Below are positions 46,436 to 55,684 of a DNA stretch of 64,000 bases, one piece after another. This stretch comes from Fibrobacterales bacterium (GTDB taxonomy: Bacteria; Fibrobacterota; Fibrobacteria; Fibrobacterales; JAOPTW01), in assembly GCA_051532035.1 (NCBI GenBank), contig JAOPTW010000011.1, positions 62,043 through 126,042 of the forward strand, in the 5' to 3' direction. Under the pieces are notes generated by a model, which ran no database searches, had not been told where the DNA came from, and saw only the letters and a program-made list of their open reading frames with translations. Within the stretch, counting starts at the first letter, position 1. Each line of letters begins with the position of its first letter. Position numbers and translations under genes: made by a program.

Positions 46436-47197
46436 ATGAGATTTCTATTCCTATTAGCGTTATTTATGACTCAGTGTAGTACAATGCTATTGAGTAAACT
46501 TCCTACTACTGAGATTAAGTATAAAGAGTCCTATCTCAGTGGTACTATTGCAGGCATTCCTCCTTCATTTGATGTTGAAGTGTTATTAGATCATCATAAA
46601 AGTAATGGAGAAATAGTAGCAGACTCATTTCTAATCATGAGTTCTGATGTGAATTCACAAGAATTTTTACTCATACTTGAGCCTGGGAAGTGGGAAATTA
46701 TCAGTTTCAGGTTTATAAAAATGAAAGAGTTTCCTGAGCATGCACCTGAATCGAGTGGTCCTTACTTTATCATGGACTGTACTCTTATGGATAGGCCCAA
46801 TATTACTCTAGAGATTGAAGAGGACGCTATTAATGACTTAGGAGCGTTACAATTTGTTGGGTTACCTGATTTGGAAGTATTGGCAGCAAAGGATATTGAG
46901 GGGTTTCTTTCACAAGACACATTTCCACGGCAATATACTGAGCGTAGAGCAGCCTTTTCAATAGAGTTTACCTCATTCACAGATTTAGAGATGCAGTACG
47001 AGATTGAGTATGCCCAAAAGTTTGAGATGAAGTTAAATCCTCTCACAGCAAAAGCAAATTTTGAGACTAACGTTAAGTATTTTGGCATTCAGATGTGGGA
47101 TCCTTCTCAAATTGTAGAACAGGGAGGTGGCCGTTTTAACCATGATCCATTTAATATGACTAATCCTTCTCCATCAATACCTAATGTCTCATTCTAA
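46436..47197 (+). CDS. Lipoprotein, function unknown; its 3' end runs into junction motif R1
   Basis: The track start 46412 is TTG. ATG 46436 gives MRFLFLLALFMTQCS (lipobox). The last 8 codons are encoded by R1 copy b (47176-47215). Confidence 0.6.
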   Translation: MRFLFLLALFMTQCSTMLLSKLPTTEIKYKESYLSGTIAGIPPSFDVEVLLDHHKSNGEIVADSFLIMSSDVNSQEFLLILEPGKWEIISFRFIKMKEFPEHAPESSGPYFIMDCTLMDRPNITLEIEEDAINDLGALQFVGLPDLEVLAAKDIEGFLSQDTFPRQYTERRAAFSIEFTSFTDLEMQYEIEYAQKFEMKLNPLTAKANFETNVKYFGIQMWDPSQIVEQGGGRFNHDPFNMTNPSPSIPNVSF

Positions 47198-47337
47198 CAC
47201 AATGTGAGTTCTATAATTCCCATAATGAAGGGGGTTGCCTCCTACTGATACACAAGTGTTACTGGGCTTAAGAGCAGGCAACGATTTTTTCTAGAAATGA
47301 AGAAGAAAATCGCTCCGTACAATTCGCCAAATGCTTC

Positions 47338-50300
47338 CTACTCAAATGATACTATAAATACGCCTTTCGGTAATGAACTGGAAAGAGAGAGTGTCTCTTT
47401 CTCTACTGTGCCAGACTGTATCAGGGCACCCCGAATACTATAGAGTCTAAACGTTTTTGAATTACGTGGTACGGCAAGGAGGTGTGAACTTCTTTTAATA
47501 TTATTAATGAGCTTCACCGATGAGAATTGAGAGGTGCTTTGAGTATAAGTAATCGCTGTAAGGGCTGATGAGAGAGGAGCGCTGGTGCCTGAAACGAGTA
47601 CCCCCGATGAAGGTGTCATTGTATTCTGAAAAGAGCTGCCGTGATTTCCAGAGTTTGGAGGTATTTCAAATGAGCTACTGGTGTCAGCTACATAAGAAAT
47701 CCCCGGTACGTTATAGTCTGCTGAAGAAGTGAGTGTTTCATCGGTATCATCAGAACTAATCTGTTCCGTATCAGAATATACATCAATCGTCATGATTACT
47801 GGTGCACTCGTGTCTCCAGCTGCAAATGCACGTACCGGTACGTGAAGTCTACCGGTATATTCCTGATTCGGAGTGACCCTCTGGTTGTTAATGGTGTAGT
47901 GCTCTCCAGGCTCTAACAAGAGTGTGATAGCGTCTCTATCCTGGTCTTGTGCATCCGTCATAGCAAGAGTAACTGTAAGGCTGCTATTGAGAGGTATTGT
48001 TTGAGGTGTAGTATGGGTAAGAGTAGGTGGGTAGAGGACAGGGATGACAAAAACTGATAGATACCTTGTGTTACTTGTATCAGAGCCGGAAATGGCTCTT
48101 ACAGGGACATTCAGGGTGCCGCTGTAATTATTTGATGGAATTACTCGATTGTCATCTATAGTATAGCGGTAACCACTTGAAGGTATAACTTTATCTATTG
48201 TGTCACCTTCAAGGTCGATTATTTTAACCATGCTTGGGAGTAATGTGAGAATAGAATCTTCCTTGATTGTTTGTGTTCTAGTGGAGATAAGTGTCGGCGG
48301 GTCGTTTACCGGAGTCACTATAATCGTCATATCAATCGGGGGAGATTTATAACTATATCGGGAAACATAAAGTGGTACCGTCAATATTCCATTGAAATTA
48401 TCATCAGGGATTATGGTTAAATAGGAAACAGTGTAATTGTCACCACTTTGTACATTCAAATAAAAGGGGTCACCATCTATATCTTGGGCGTCAGTCATTG
48501 CAGAGGTGACTGTTAAAGTACTGTCTTCTGGAATTGTCCTCATTTGCGCTGTAGTAATTGTCGGATTGTCTTGTCTACCTCTCACATATATTTCAATAAC
48601 AGAGGTGTCAGAGTCACTATTATCAGTGAGCTGGTACCAGAGAGTGTCAGTTCCATACCAGTCTTTGTATGGTGTGTAGTAGAGAGTATCATTTTGATGC
48701 ACAAAGGTTCCATGGTGGGGAATACTGTCATTTAAAAGAGTAAATGTAAGTGGGTCGCCATCCGGGTCATATCGGTTTGAATTCAGATTATTAGTGGTAA
48801 ATGATGTTAAGGAATCCTCATAGCCATAGCGCGTTATTACATGAGCATTGGGAGGGTTATTTTTGCCCTGCGTTACTACCAGTATTGCCTGATTGCCCCA
48901 TAAGGTATCACCTGATTCAAGTTCTTCTCCTATGCGGTAGCGTAGAGAGTCGACAGTTCCTATAGGGGTATCATCTATAAAGGAGATGTTGTGTAAGGAG
49001 TCAATAAACATATCTCCAAAGAGGCTATCAACGTGTACCACCAGGCTGTCGCCATTTGATTCAATGTCATAGTCATTTTGCAGTACTTGATTGAATGGTG
49101 TTGTCTGCAGGGCAATTATTGAATCTCTAAAGGCCATAGGAGCATTATTTATGTTTAATAGTCCCGCATAGGTTTGAGTGCTTTTTATGATCCAGTCTGA
49201 ACCAAAAGACCATGTACTATATGAACTCTGTTGCCGAAGCTGATCGGTGGTTAACGGTGTGCCCAAAGCAGATGCTGTCTGGTTCGATGTTTCGGTATTC
49301 CAATAGCTCTCAGGTGAACTTATACTGGTGCTACCAACGAGCCCGCCAACAGTATTTTTGCCCCAAACGACACCTGTGCTGTAGCTTTGAAAAATAGTTA
49401 AACCTCCAGAGCCGACTAAGCCACCGACAGTAGTGTTGCCGCTCACTGTTCCAGTATTATAGGTGTTGCTGATCTCCGTATCAAGGTCTCCAACAATTCC
49501 TCCAACGATACTGGTTCCATGGACGTTCCCTGAATTGTAACTCTGGAGAATAGTATGACTTTCTCCTGCTATACCACCTACTCTCTTGCCACCCTTTATG
49601 CTGCCAGTATTAAAGGAGTAAGATATGGTGTCGTCATTGAGGCCTGCTATGCCGCCTACCTGCTCTGAACCGTTAATAGGAGAGATATTAAAAGTATGTA
49701 TGATTTTTTCATAATTTCTACCGGCAATTCCGCCCGTATTTTCTTGACCCTCAATTATTCCTTTGTTGCTGCTATAAGAAATTATGCCATAGTTTAATCC
49801 GGCAATTCCACCGGTAGCATGGCTGTAGTGAGAACTTTTTTCTTGTATATGCGCTTCGTTATAGGAGTGAGATATGGTCCCCCGGTTGGAGCCTGCAATG
49901 CCCCCTACAGTGTATGCGGTTGAGATTACCGACCCTTTGCAGTGTGAATACTGTATTGTACCTTTATTAACTCCTGCAAAGCCACCGACAAAATTCTTTC
50001 CTGTTATTTCAACAGCAAGTCCCAGGCTGTCTACATGAGCGGCTGAGTCTATTGCAGAAAACAAGCCGATATAATCTTCGTTCTTGTGGTTTATGAAGAG
50101 GTTCGAAATGGTGTTGCCGGCTCCATTAAAATAACCAGAGAACCCTCCGGTACCGTAGCCTATCGGAGAAAAACCGAAGCCATGATTGTCGGTTTTTGAG
50201 TCTGTTGCATCAATGTTTTGTGTTAACCTGTATGAACCGTAGAGTGGGTGAGTCGATACATTTCCAATCTTTTTAAGGTCTTCATAGGTTGCAATAGGGA

Positions 50301-52863
50301 TAATGGTATCGATAAAAGGCACTGCGATACTACTCCAGTTACCCCATAGTATGGCTCCCGATGTTAATTCTTCTCCCGGTCGATAATAACGATACAGTGA
50401 ATCTCGTGTTTCATTAATAGAGGAATAGGGTATTTCTATAGCTTTTGTAACAGGTGTATCGTCGGGATCAAAATCATTTTGAATAAAAACAGATAAGTCT
50501 ATTGGGTTATTCAGAGACTGAACTGAATCCATAAAACCGATGGGGGCATCATTGACACCGCGTAAACCCGGAAAACTTTGACCCTCATGTAACTCCCAGA
50601 TAGTGGTACGGTCCCAAGGAATAAATGGGTCCAGTTGTTTCATGCGATCCGTATTCAGGGGAGTACCGCCCCCTGAAGAGTCTATACCGGAGGTTTCTAT
50701 GTTCCAATAGCCTGATCCGTTACCACGTCCCGGTGCGCTTCCGGAATTGTCAGCACCGATTAATCCACCAAGATTACTGATACCGATAACTTTTCCGGTA
50801 CTATAACAGCGGGTGGTCGTCTCACCGTTTACTCCTACGAGCCCCCCGATGTTGTAATTGCCCTGAACAGCCGCAGTGCTGTAGGCGTTCCGGATTGTGT
50901 CCTGGTTACTTCCGGTGAGGCCCCCAATGTTGTTCCTGCCTTTCACAAATCCGGTTGAGTAACTCTGTGAAATAATACCGAGACTCGTTCCGGCATAAAC
51001 GCCTACATAGTTATTTCCAATTATTGTTCCTTCTGTTCCAAGGCTGTCAATTCGAGCAGTCTCTCCAAGTGTGCTGAATAATCCAACGTTGTCTTCTGTT
51101 GGTCTATTAATGTATAGGTTGGTAATAACATATCCTGAACCGTTAAATGAGCCGGAAAAATGTCTAGAGATTGTACCTATAGGGTCGAACCCTGCGCCGT
51201 TATTTTCATAGTGAGAAGCAGATGCGTCAATATTTTGAGTCAATCGATAATTGATGTTTAAGGGGTAACGCCAATGTTTTCCTATGCGTTTAAGCTCCTC
51301 GTAGGATGAAATGGTAATTTCTTGCTGCGTAAAGGGCATTGATATATGGACAGATCCACCCCACAGAGTGTCTCCTGAAGGAGTGATCTCTCCAGGACGG
51401 TAGAATATGTAGAGTGAGTCGACATCGTTAGGAATTGAGTCTATTTCAGGAATCATTTTTGAATATTGGTCGTATTTTACGAGCGTAACGTGAGGAATTT
51501 CAGCATCAAAATCATTGTTGAGAAAAGGGGAGTAGTCTATAGGGTCAGTAAGTGCAGGGGAAATGTCTGGAAAGCCAAATGGAGCATTGTTAAAGGTTGC
51601 ATCATTTAGAGCAGGATACGTCTGGTTGTTTGGGTTTTTCCAAATGGGAAGAGACCAATTAAAGTGGGAGGTGAGCTGTTTTAATCCCTGCGTAGTAAGT
51701 GAAGTCGCGGTAAGAGGTGTACTGCCATGGGGGTTTGACCCGACAGCGGAATCAAGGGTGGATGTCTCTCTGTTCCAGTAATTATTGGTAACTGTGGCAT
51801 GATAGAAGTCGAGCCATGCGGTGCCGACAAGGCCTCCAATTGACACATTTCCAGTAATATATCCACTACTGTAACAGTTGTCTATACTTCCAAGAGTGAA
51901 TCCTATGAGCCCACCAACATCCATGTGACCATGGACACGTGCAGTACTATAACTTTGCTCGACAATGTAGTTGTAAGGAAAGCCGGAAGAGGCATCGTTG
52001 CTACCTATAAGGCCTCCAACGCTCTGATATCCTTCCACAGGTCCCGTACTGTAACAACGATTAACGGAACCTCTATTGGAACCTATGATGCCACCCACAC
52101 TGTATTTACCTGTAACTGTTCCTGTTGAATAACTTAATTCCAGTAATCCGTCGTTAAATCCGGTAATGCCCCCAATTGTTCTCTCGCCATGTATTGCACC
52201 AATATTATAGCTTGATAGTATTGTACTTCTGTTTTGACCGGTAATACCGCCGATATCTTCTTTGCCCTGAATAGAACCTCTGTTGATGCACGCTTTAAAG
52301 GTAAATTTTGTGCTATAGCCGGATATTCCCCCCACGCGCCGTTCTCCATTTACACGCGCTTCATTTTGTACATTATAGATGGTGCTGTTGAGTATTCCGG
52401 CAATACCTCCAACATAGTCTTTTCCGGTAATTTGACCGGTTATCGTCAGGTTTGCTATATGCGAAGTAGTGTCTCTATTTGAAATACTATCCAATAGAGC
52501 AAAAAGTCCAATGGTATCCTGATGAGGGCGGTTGATGTATAGATCGGTGATTTTAAAGTTTTTACCATCCAGCCATCCCTTAAATGGACGTTTAGTTCCT
52601 CCGATTGGTGCAAAGCCTTTTCCACTGTTTTCATTGAGCGAGGCTGAAGCATCAATATCGTTTGTTAATATGTAATATGCGGTGAGGTTGCTATCTACTT
52701 GCTTTAAGTCAGCATAATCAGCAATTTCATAGGGATTACTTTTGAACCCTGAACCGGAGAGTTGCCCATCGACGGCATGGGTTGTACCCATACTGAGTAA
52801 AATGATGTAGAGTATTGAGGGAAAAGCATGATCTTGTAATAGTAATTGGAATATAGCTTTCAT
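47338..52863 (-). CDS. Giant (1841 aa) surface protein with three GLUG-repeat modules, cadherin-like/tandem repeats, a Ser-rich linker and a T9SS-type C-terminal domain
   Basis: Signal peptide. A ~370-aa module (Y[EA]DLK.[IV]....Y.LT[NQ][DN]IDA[ST].S then many [VI]GG[IL][IVT]G GLUG motifs) occurs three times. Repeats are bounded by NNPPNA, QDNPTI, VNDPPTL, LYPPTL. Tail: FRLYSIRGALIQSG...LPKGVFIVSFE. Confidence 0.85.
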   Translation of the reverse strand: MKAIFQLLLQDHAFPSILYIILLSMGTTHAVDGQLSGSGFKSNPYEIADYADLKQVDSNLTAYYILTNDIDASASLNENSGKGFAPIGGTKRPFKGWLDGKNFKITDLYINRPHQDTIGLFALLDSISNRDTTSHIANLTITGQITGKDYVGGIAGILNSTIYNVQNEARVNGERRVGGISGYSTKFTFKACINRGSIQGKEDIGGITGQNRSTILSSYNIGAIHGERTIGGITGFNDGLLELSYSTGTVTGKYSVGGIIGSNRGSVNRCYSTGPVEGYQSVGGLIGSNDASSGFPYNYIVEQSYSTARVHGHMDVGGLIGFTLGSIDNCYSSGYITGNVSIGGLVGTAWLDFYHATVTNNYWNRETSTLDSAVGSNPHGSTPLTATSLTTQGLKQLTSHFNWSLPIWKNPNNQTYPALNDATFNNAPFGFPDISPALTDPIDYSPFLNNDFDAEIPHVTLVKYDQYSKMIPEIDSIPNDVDSLYIFYRPGEITPSGDTLWGGSVHISMPFTQQEITISSYEELKRIGKHWRYPLNINYRLTQNIDASASHYENNGAGFDPIGTISRHFSGSFNGSGYVITNLYINRPTEDNVGLFSTLGETARIDSLGTEGTIIGNNYVGVYAGTSLGIISQSYSTGFVKGRNNIGGLTGSNQDTIRNAYSTAAVQGNYNIGGLVGVNGETTTRCYSTGKVIGISNLGGLIGADNSGSAPGRGNGSGYWNIETSGIDSSGGGTPLNTDRMKQLDPFIPWDRTTIWELHEGQSFPGLRGVNDAPIGFMDSVQSLNNPIDLSVFIQNDFDPDDTPVTKAIEIPYSSINETRDSLYRYYRPGEELTSGAILWGNWSSIAVPFIDTIIPIATYEDLKKIGNVSTHPLYGSYRLTQNIDATDSKTDNHGFGFSPIGYGTGGFSGYFNGAGNTISNLFINHKNEDYIGLFSAIDSAAHVDSLGLAVEITGKNFVGGFAGVNKGTIQYSHCKGSVISTAYTVGGIAGSNRGTISHSYNEAHIQEKSSHYSHATGGIAGLNYGIISYSSNKGIIEGQENTGGIAGRNYEKIIHTFNISPINGSEQVGGIAGLNDDTISYSFNTGSIKGGKRVGGIAGESHTILQSYNSGNVHGTSIVGGIVGDLDTEISNTYNTGTVSGNTTVGGLVGSGGLTIFQSYSTGVVWGKNTVGGLVGSTSISSPESYWNTETSNQTASALGTPLTTDQLRQQSSYSTWSFGSDWIIKSTQTYAGLLNINNAPMAFRDSIIALQTTPFNQVLQNDYDIESNGDSLVVHVDSLFGDMFIDSLHNISFIDDTPIGTVDSLRYRIGEELESGDTLWGNQAILVVTQGKNNPPNAHVITRYGYEDSLTSFTTNNLNSNRYDPDGDPLTFTLLNDSIPHHGTFVHQNDTLYYTPYKDWYGTDTLWYQLTDNSDSDTSVIEIYVRGRQDNPTITTAQMRTIPEDSTLTVTSAMTDAQDIDGDPFYLNVQSGDNYTVSYLTIIPDDNFNGILTVPLYVSRYSYKSPPIDMTIIVTPVNDPPTLISTRTQTIKEDSILTLLPSMVKIIDLEGDTIDKVIPSSGYRYTIDDNRVIPSNNYSGTLNVPVRAISGSDTSNTRYLSVFVIPVLYPPTLTHTTPQTIPLNSSLTVTLAMTDAQDQDRDAITLLLEPGEHYTINNQRVTPNQEYTGRLHVPVRAFAAGDTSAPVIMTIDVYSDTEQISSDDTDETLTSSADYNVPGISYVADTSSSFEIPPNSGNHGSSFQNTMTPSSGVLVSGTSAPLSSALTAITYTQSTSQFSSVKLINNIKRSSHLLAVPRNSKTFRLYSIRGALIQSGTVEKETLSLSSSLPKGVFIVSFE

Positions 52864-53045
52864 AGGAATCTCGATTTTATATAATACCAGTTATGGTGAT
52901 TTACTGAGCCGAAGTGTAAAATGGGATTAAAATACCCAATTAATAGATGGATCAAATATAAAAACTTGATGCTGAATGTTAATGTTTACTCTTAGTAAGC
53001 GCCTCGTCTTTGTTTGTGTTTTTCCCTTTGTAACGCCCCCTTAAA

Positions 53046-53068
53046 GAGGCCGCTTATTTGAGATACAC
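53046..53068. repeat. Junction motif R2 copy
   Basis: gaggccgcttatttgagatacac, compared with gtggccgctcatttgagacac at 43938. Confidence 0.6.
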
Positions 53069-53090
53069 TATCTTTTATAGTGCCCGACGT

Positions 53091-53382
53091 AACCTCTCCT
53101 TCCCATCCTTACCTTCAACTCCCTGCGCCTTCAACCTCTTCTTCTTTAAATACTGCAGCCTCGCATACGGGCTATTAAACTCCTTGCGTACTTCGGGGGA
53201 GTCTTGAAAGGCTCCATCTATCCAGTTTCTAATCTCAACTTCAGATTGTCTGAGGAGTGAAATACACTGGTCGCGGATGGTTTTGTAATCAGTTGCTTGG
53301 AACCTCTCTGCATGGGCGAGGACTTTGAGTTCACGGAGTTCTGTTACGAGGGCGTCAGCTTCATCCCAGAGGTGAGTATCAA
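53091..53382 (-). pseudogene. 5'-truncated copy (about the C-terminal 95 codons) of the 272-275-aa multi-copy family; normal stop lost
   Basis: The minus-strand translation ..DTHLWDEADALVTELRELKVLAHAERFQATDYKTIRDQCISLLRQSEVEIRNWIDGAFQDSPEVRKEFNSPYARLQYLKKKRLKAQGVEGKDGK.. is collinear with 54658..55485. Homology stops at gtatcaa|tacctaatgt, exactly where R1 copy c begins. Confidence 0.8.
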
Positions 53383-53470
53383 TACCTAATGTATTCTTCT
53401 AACACAATGTAGGCTCAATTGTGGATATAGGAAAGGGCAAGGGTATTTGTTTGGAGATCGAATAGTGTTT
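53381..53470. repeat. Junction motif R1, copy c
   Basis: aatacctaatgtattcttctaacacaatgtaggctcaattgtgg... matches 43228-43320. Confidence 0.85.
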
Positions 53471-53569
53471 CAGGGAAGAAAATGTTTTTGTTGAAACCCA
53501 CCGTCTATGGCGGGTTTGAGTTTTTATATTTACAAGAATATTATTCTTTATTTGAAAATTGAGTTTCCT

Positions 53570-54142
53570 ATGAATACAATAAAAACTAAGGTTACGGAAA
53601 GTATTTTTTTGACAAACGCTTGGGTATATTTACTCGTGCTTGTTCTTTTACCGATCGCTAATAAAATTTTTGCACAACATTTTTCAAGTGACTTTATCTA
53701 TAAAGTCTCTGCCAATAACTACTTTAATCCTGTAAGTATTTTCATTACCATTTTGGTTAAAGCGATTTGGTATGTTTGGATTTGGTGTATAGTAATTGTA
53801 TTTTCTCAATCGACCAAAAAACAATTGAGGAAAAGTCTTGGGTTGTTTAAGGTGGCATTTGTTTTGGCTGTAATATGCAATATGTGCTTTTCAGAAGTTG
53901 TTTTATATTATATCGACCGAATAATTGAACTGAAAGTTGTATTGGGAATTTTCATTGTATCGATGGTTTTTATTAGTTGGGAGGCGGCAAAACAACTTAG
54001 AAGCTTTGAACTTGGGCGATTAAGTACTTTCAAAGAAACATTTAGTTCCTTTGTTGCTGTTTTGTTTTTACCTCTGGGAGTCTTTTGGTTGCAACCAAAA
54101 TTAAAGGTTTATTGGAATACATTAATTAAAAGATCTTTATAA
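53570..54142 (+). CDS. Membrane protein (5-6 TM), function unknown
   Basis: Hydrophobic helices throughout. ATG 53570 (MNTIKTKV..) is preferred over ATG 53507, but both are possible. Confidence 0.55.
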   Translation: MNTIKTKVTESIFLTNAWVYLLVLVLLPIANKIFAQHFSSDFIYKVSANNYFNPVSIFITILVKAIWYVWIWCIVIVFSQSTKKQLRKSLGLFKVAFVLAVICNMCFSEVVLYYIDRIIELKVVLGIFIVSMVFISWEAAKQLRSFELGRLSTFKETFSSFVAVLFLPLGVFWLQPKLKVYWNTLIKRSL

Positions 54143-54263
54143 CAATTCATTGGAGCGGTATCACTGATGATCCGTTCAAATTTGAAGTTATTTCTATCAC
54201 TGAGTAACTCTTTTCCAATTTGATTCGTTTAATATTCAGCTCGTTTTTATTCCATTGGTAAAT

Positions 54264-54626
54264 ATGTCAAAAGTTGTAGTTCTCGTTTTATGTACCTTAA
54301 TTGTTTTGGGGTGTCAGAATAATGGCGATGATGATATCGTAGGGGGACCTTGTACGTATGAGTACACGGAAGGTACTTTACATATAACTAATATTGACAC
54401 TACCTTATTTGATCACGGAATGGTTATAGATATGATATATGAGTCAAGTGACATTGATTTAATGGATAAATTATACCTCAATAATGAATGTGTGATAACC
54501 TCTGGGGTATCTGTAGGGGATACTATAGTGGGTGGGAAATATGAAATAATGACGGGAACTTGTGCCCCAAGGCACTACGAAAGTAATGCTTTTGATAGTG
54601 TTTCTTGTGGTGAAGTGATTTGGTGA
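54264..54626 (+). CDS. Small lipoprotein, function unknown
   Basis: The track start 54255 is TTG. ATG 54264 gives MSKVVVLVLCTLIVLGCQ (lipobox). Confidence 0.6.
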   Translation: MSKVVVLVLCTLIVLGCQNNGDDDIVGGPCTYEYTEGTLHITNIDTTLFDHGMVIDMIYESSDIDLMDKLYLNNECVITSGVSVGDTIVGGKYEIMTGTCAPRHYESNAFDSVSCGEVIW

Positions 54627-54657
54627 TGTTTCTAAATTAAAATTCGCACCAACGGCC

Positions 54658-55485
54658 CTAAGCCAACCTCTCCTTCCCATCCTTACCCTCAACACCCTGT
54701 GCCTTCAACCGTTTCTTTTTCAAATACTGCTGCCTTGCATACTGGCTATTAAACTCCTTGCGTACTTCGGGGGAGTCTTGAAAGGCTACATCTATCCAGT
54801 TTCTAATCTTAACTTCAGTTGCTCTGAGGAGTGAAATACACTGGTCGCGGATGGTTTTGAAATCAGTTGCTTGGAACCTCTCTGCATGGGCGAGGACTTT
54901 GAGTTCACGGAGTTCTGTTGCGAGGACGTCAGCTTCATCCCAGAGGTGCGTATCAAAAATGACGGGGGAGTTGTCGAGGGGGAGTGCTCTGCCGAGTAAG
55001 GCGAGTTCTACGATATCTTTCAGCACACCGTCCATAGCTTTTGATTTATTAAAAGAGATGATCCGTTTAATATGGCGTGGTTCTTTCATGCACACCAGTT
55101 TTAATATTTTAACCATCTTAGAACGCAGCTCCTTGGCTTCAGGGGCGCGCTGTGTCCAGAGGTCGCGGTCGGTGGTTTCGGTACGTAACTTTTGCTTAAA
55201 GAGTATGTCGGCATGCTGTGCGGCCCGAGACTGCATGATTGCTTTATGCGCGGTCTCTTTGCTAAACCCAAAGGTCTTGAGTGCTTTTAAGTGATTGAGT
55301 GCAGTCTTACCCAGTTCCTCTACTTCAAAGAGGTACGTATCGATACGCATTGAGGGAATGTGGAGTGCATTGGTCGGTTGCGCAGTGATCTCGTCGATAA
55401 TAAGGTCATAACACGCCTCAGGTTGGTCGGGAACCTCAGAGCTGGGCCTGGTATAGGGGCTTTTGCTATCGTTTTTGCTACTCAT
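54658..55485 (-). CDS. Uncharacterised 275-aa helical cytoplasmic protein, multi-copy family, full copy 1
   Basis: GAGGGAG RBS 5 nt upstream of the ATG. aa 1-157 differ at one residue from copy 2 (58202..59020). A central block is divergent and the C-terminal block is conserved. I recognise no catalytic or DNA-binding motif. Confidence 0.8.
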   Translation of the reverse strand: MSSKNDSKSPYTRPSSEVPDQPEACYDLIIDEITAQPTNALHIPSMRIDTYLFEVEELGKTALNHLKALKTFGFSKETAHKAIMQSRAAQHADILFKQKLRTETTDRDLWTQRAPEAKELRSKMVKILKLVCMKEPRHIKRIISFNKSKAMDGVLKDIVELALLGRALPLDNSPVIFDTHLWDEADVLATELRELKVLAHAERFQATDFKTIRDQCISLLRATEVKIRNWIDVAFQDSPEVRKEFNSQYARQQYLKKKRLKAQGVEGKDGKERLA

Positions 55486-55684
55486 GGTGTCTCCCTCGGG
55501 TTAATTCCTACCCATATGTTACTCAATGCTATCCATATTTGGTTGATTCAATATGTCCTTTCGGGAGTGTTCAAAATTCTGTGTAACTAGCGATAATACG
55601 TTGCAGTAAATTAAAACATAATTTTTGTCACAATTTCCCCATTGGATTCGTCTAATATGGTCAGATAATAAGTTTGAATTTTAA

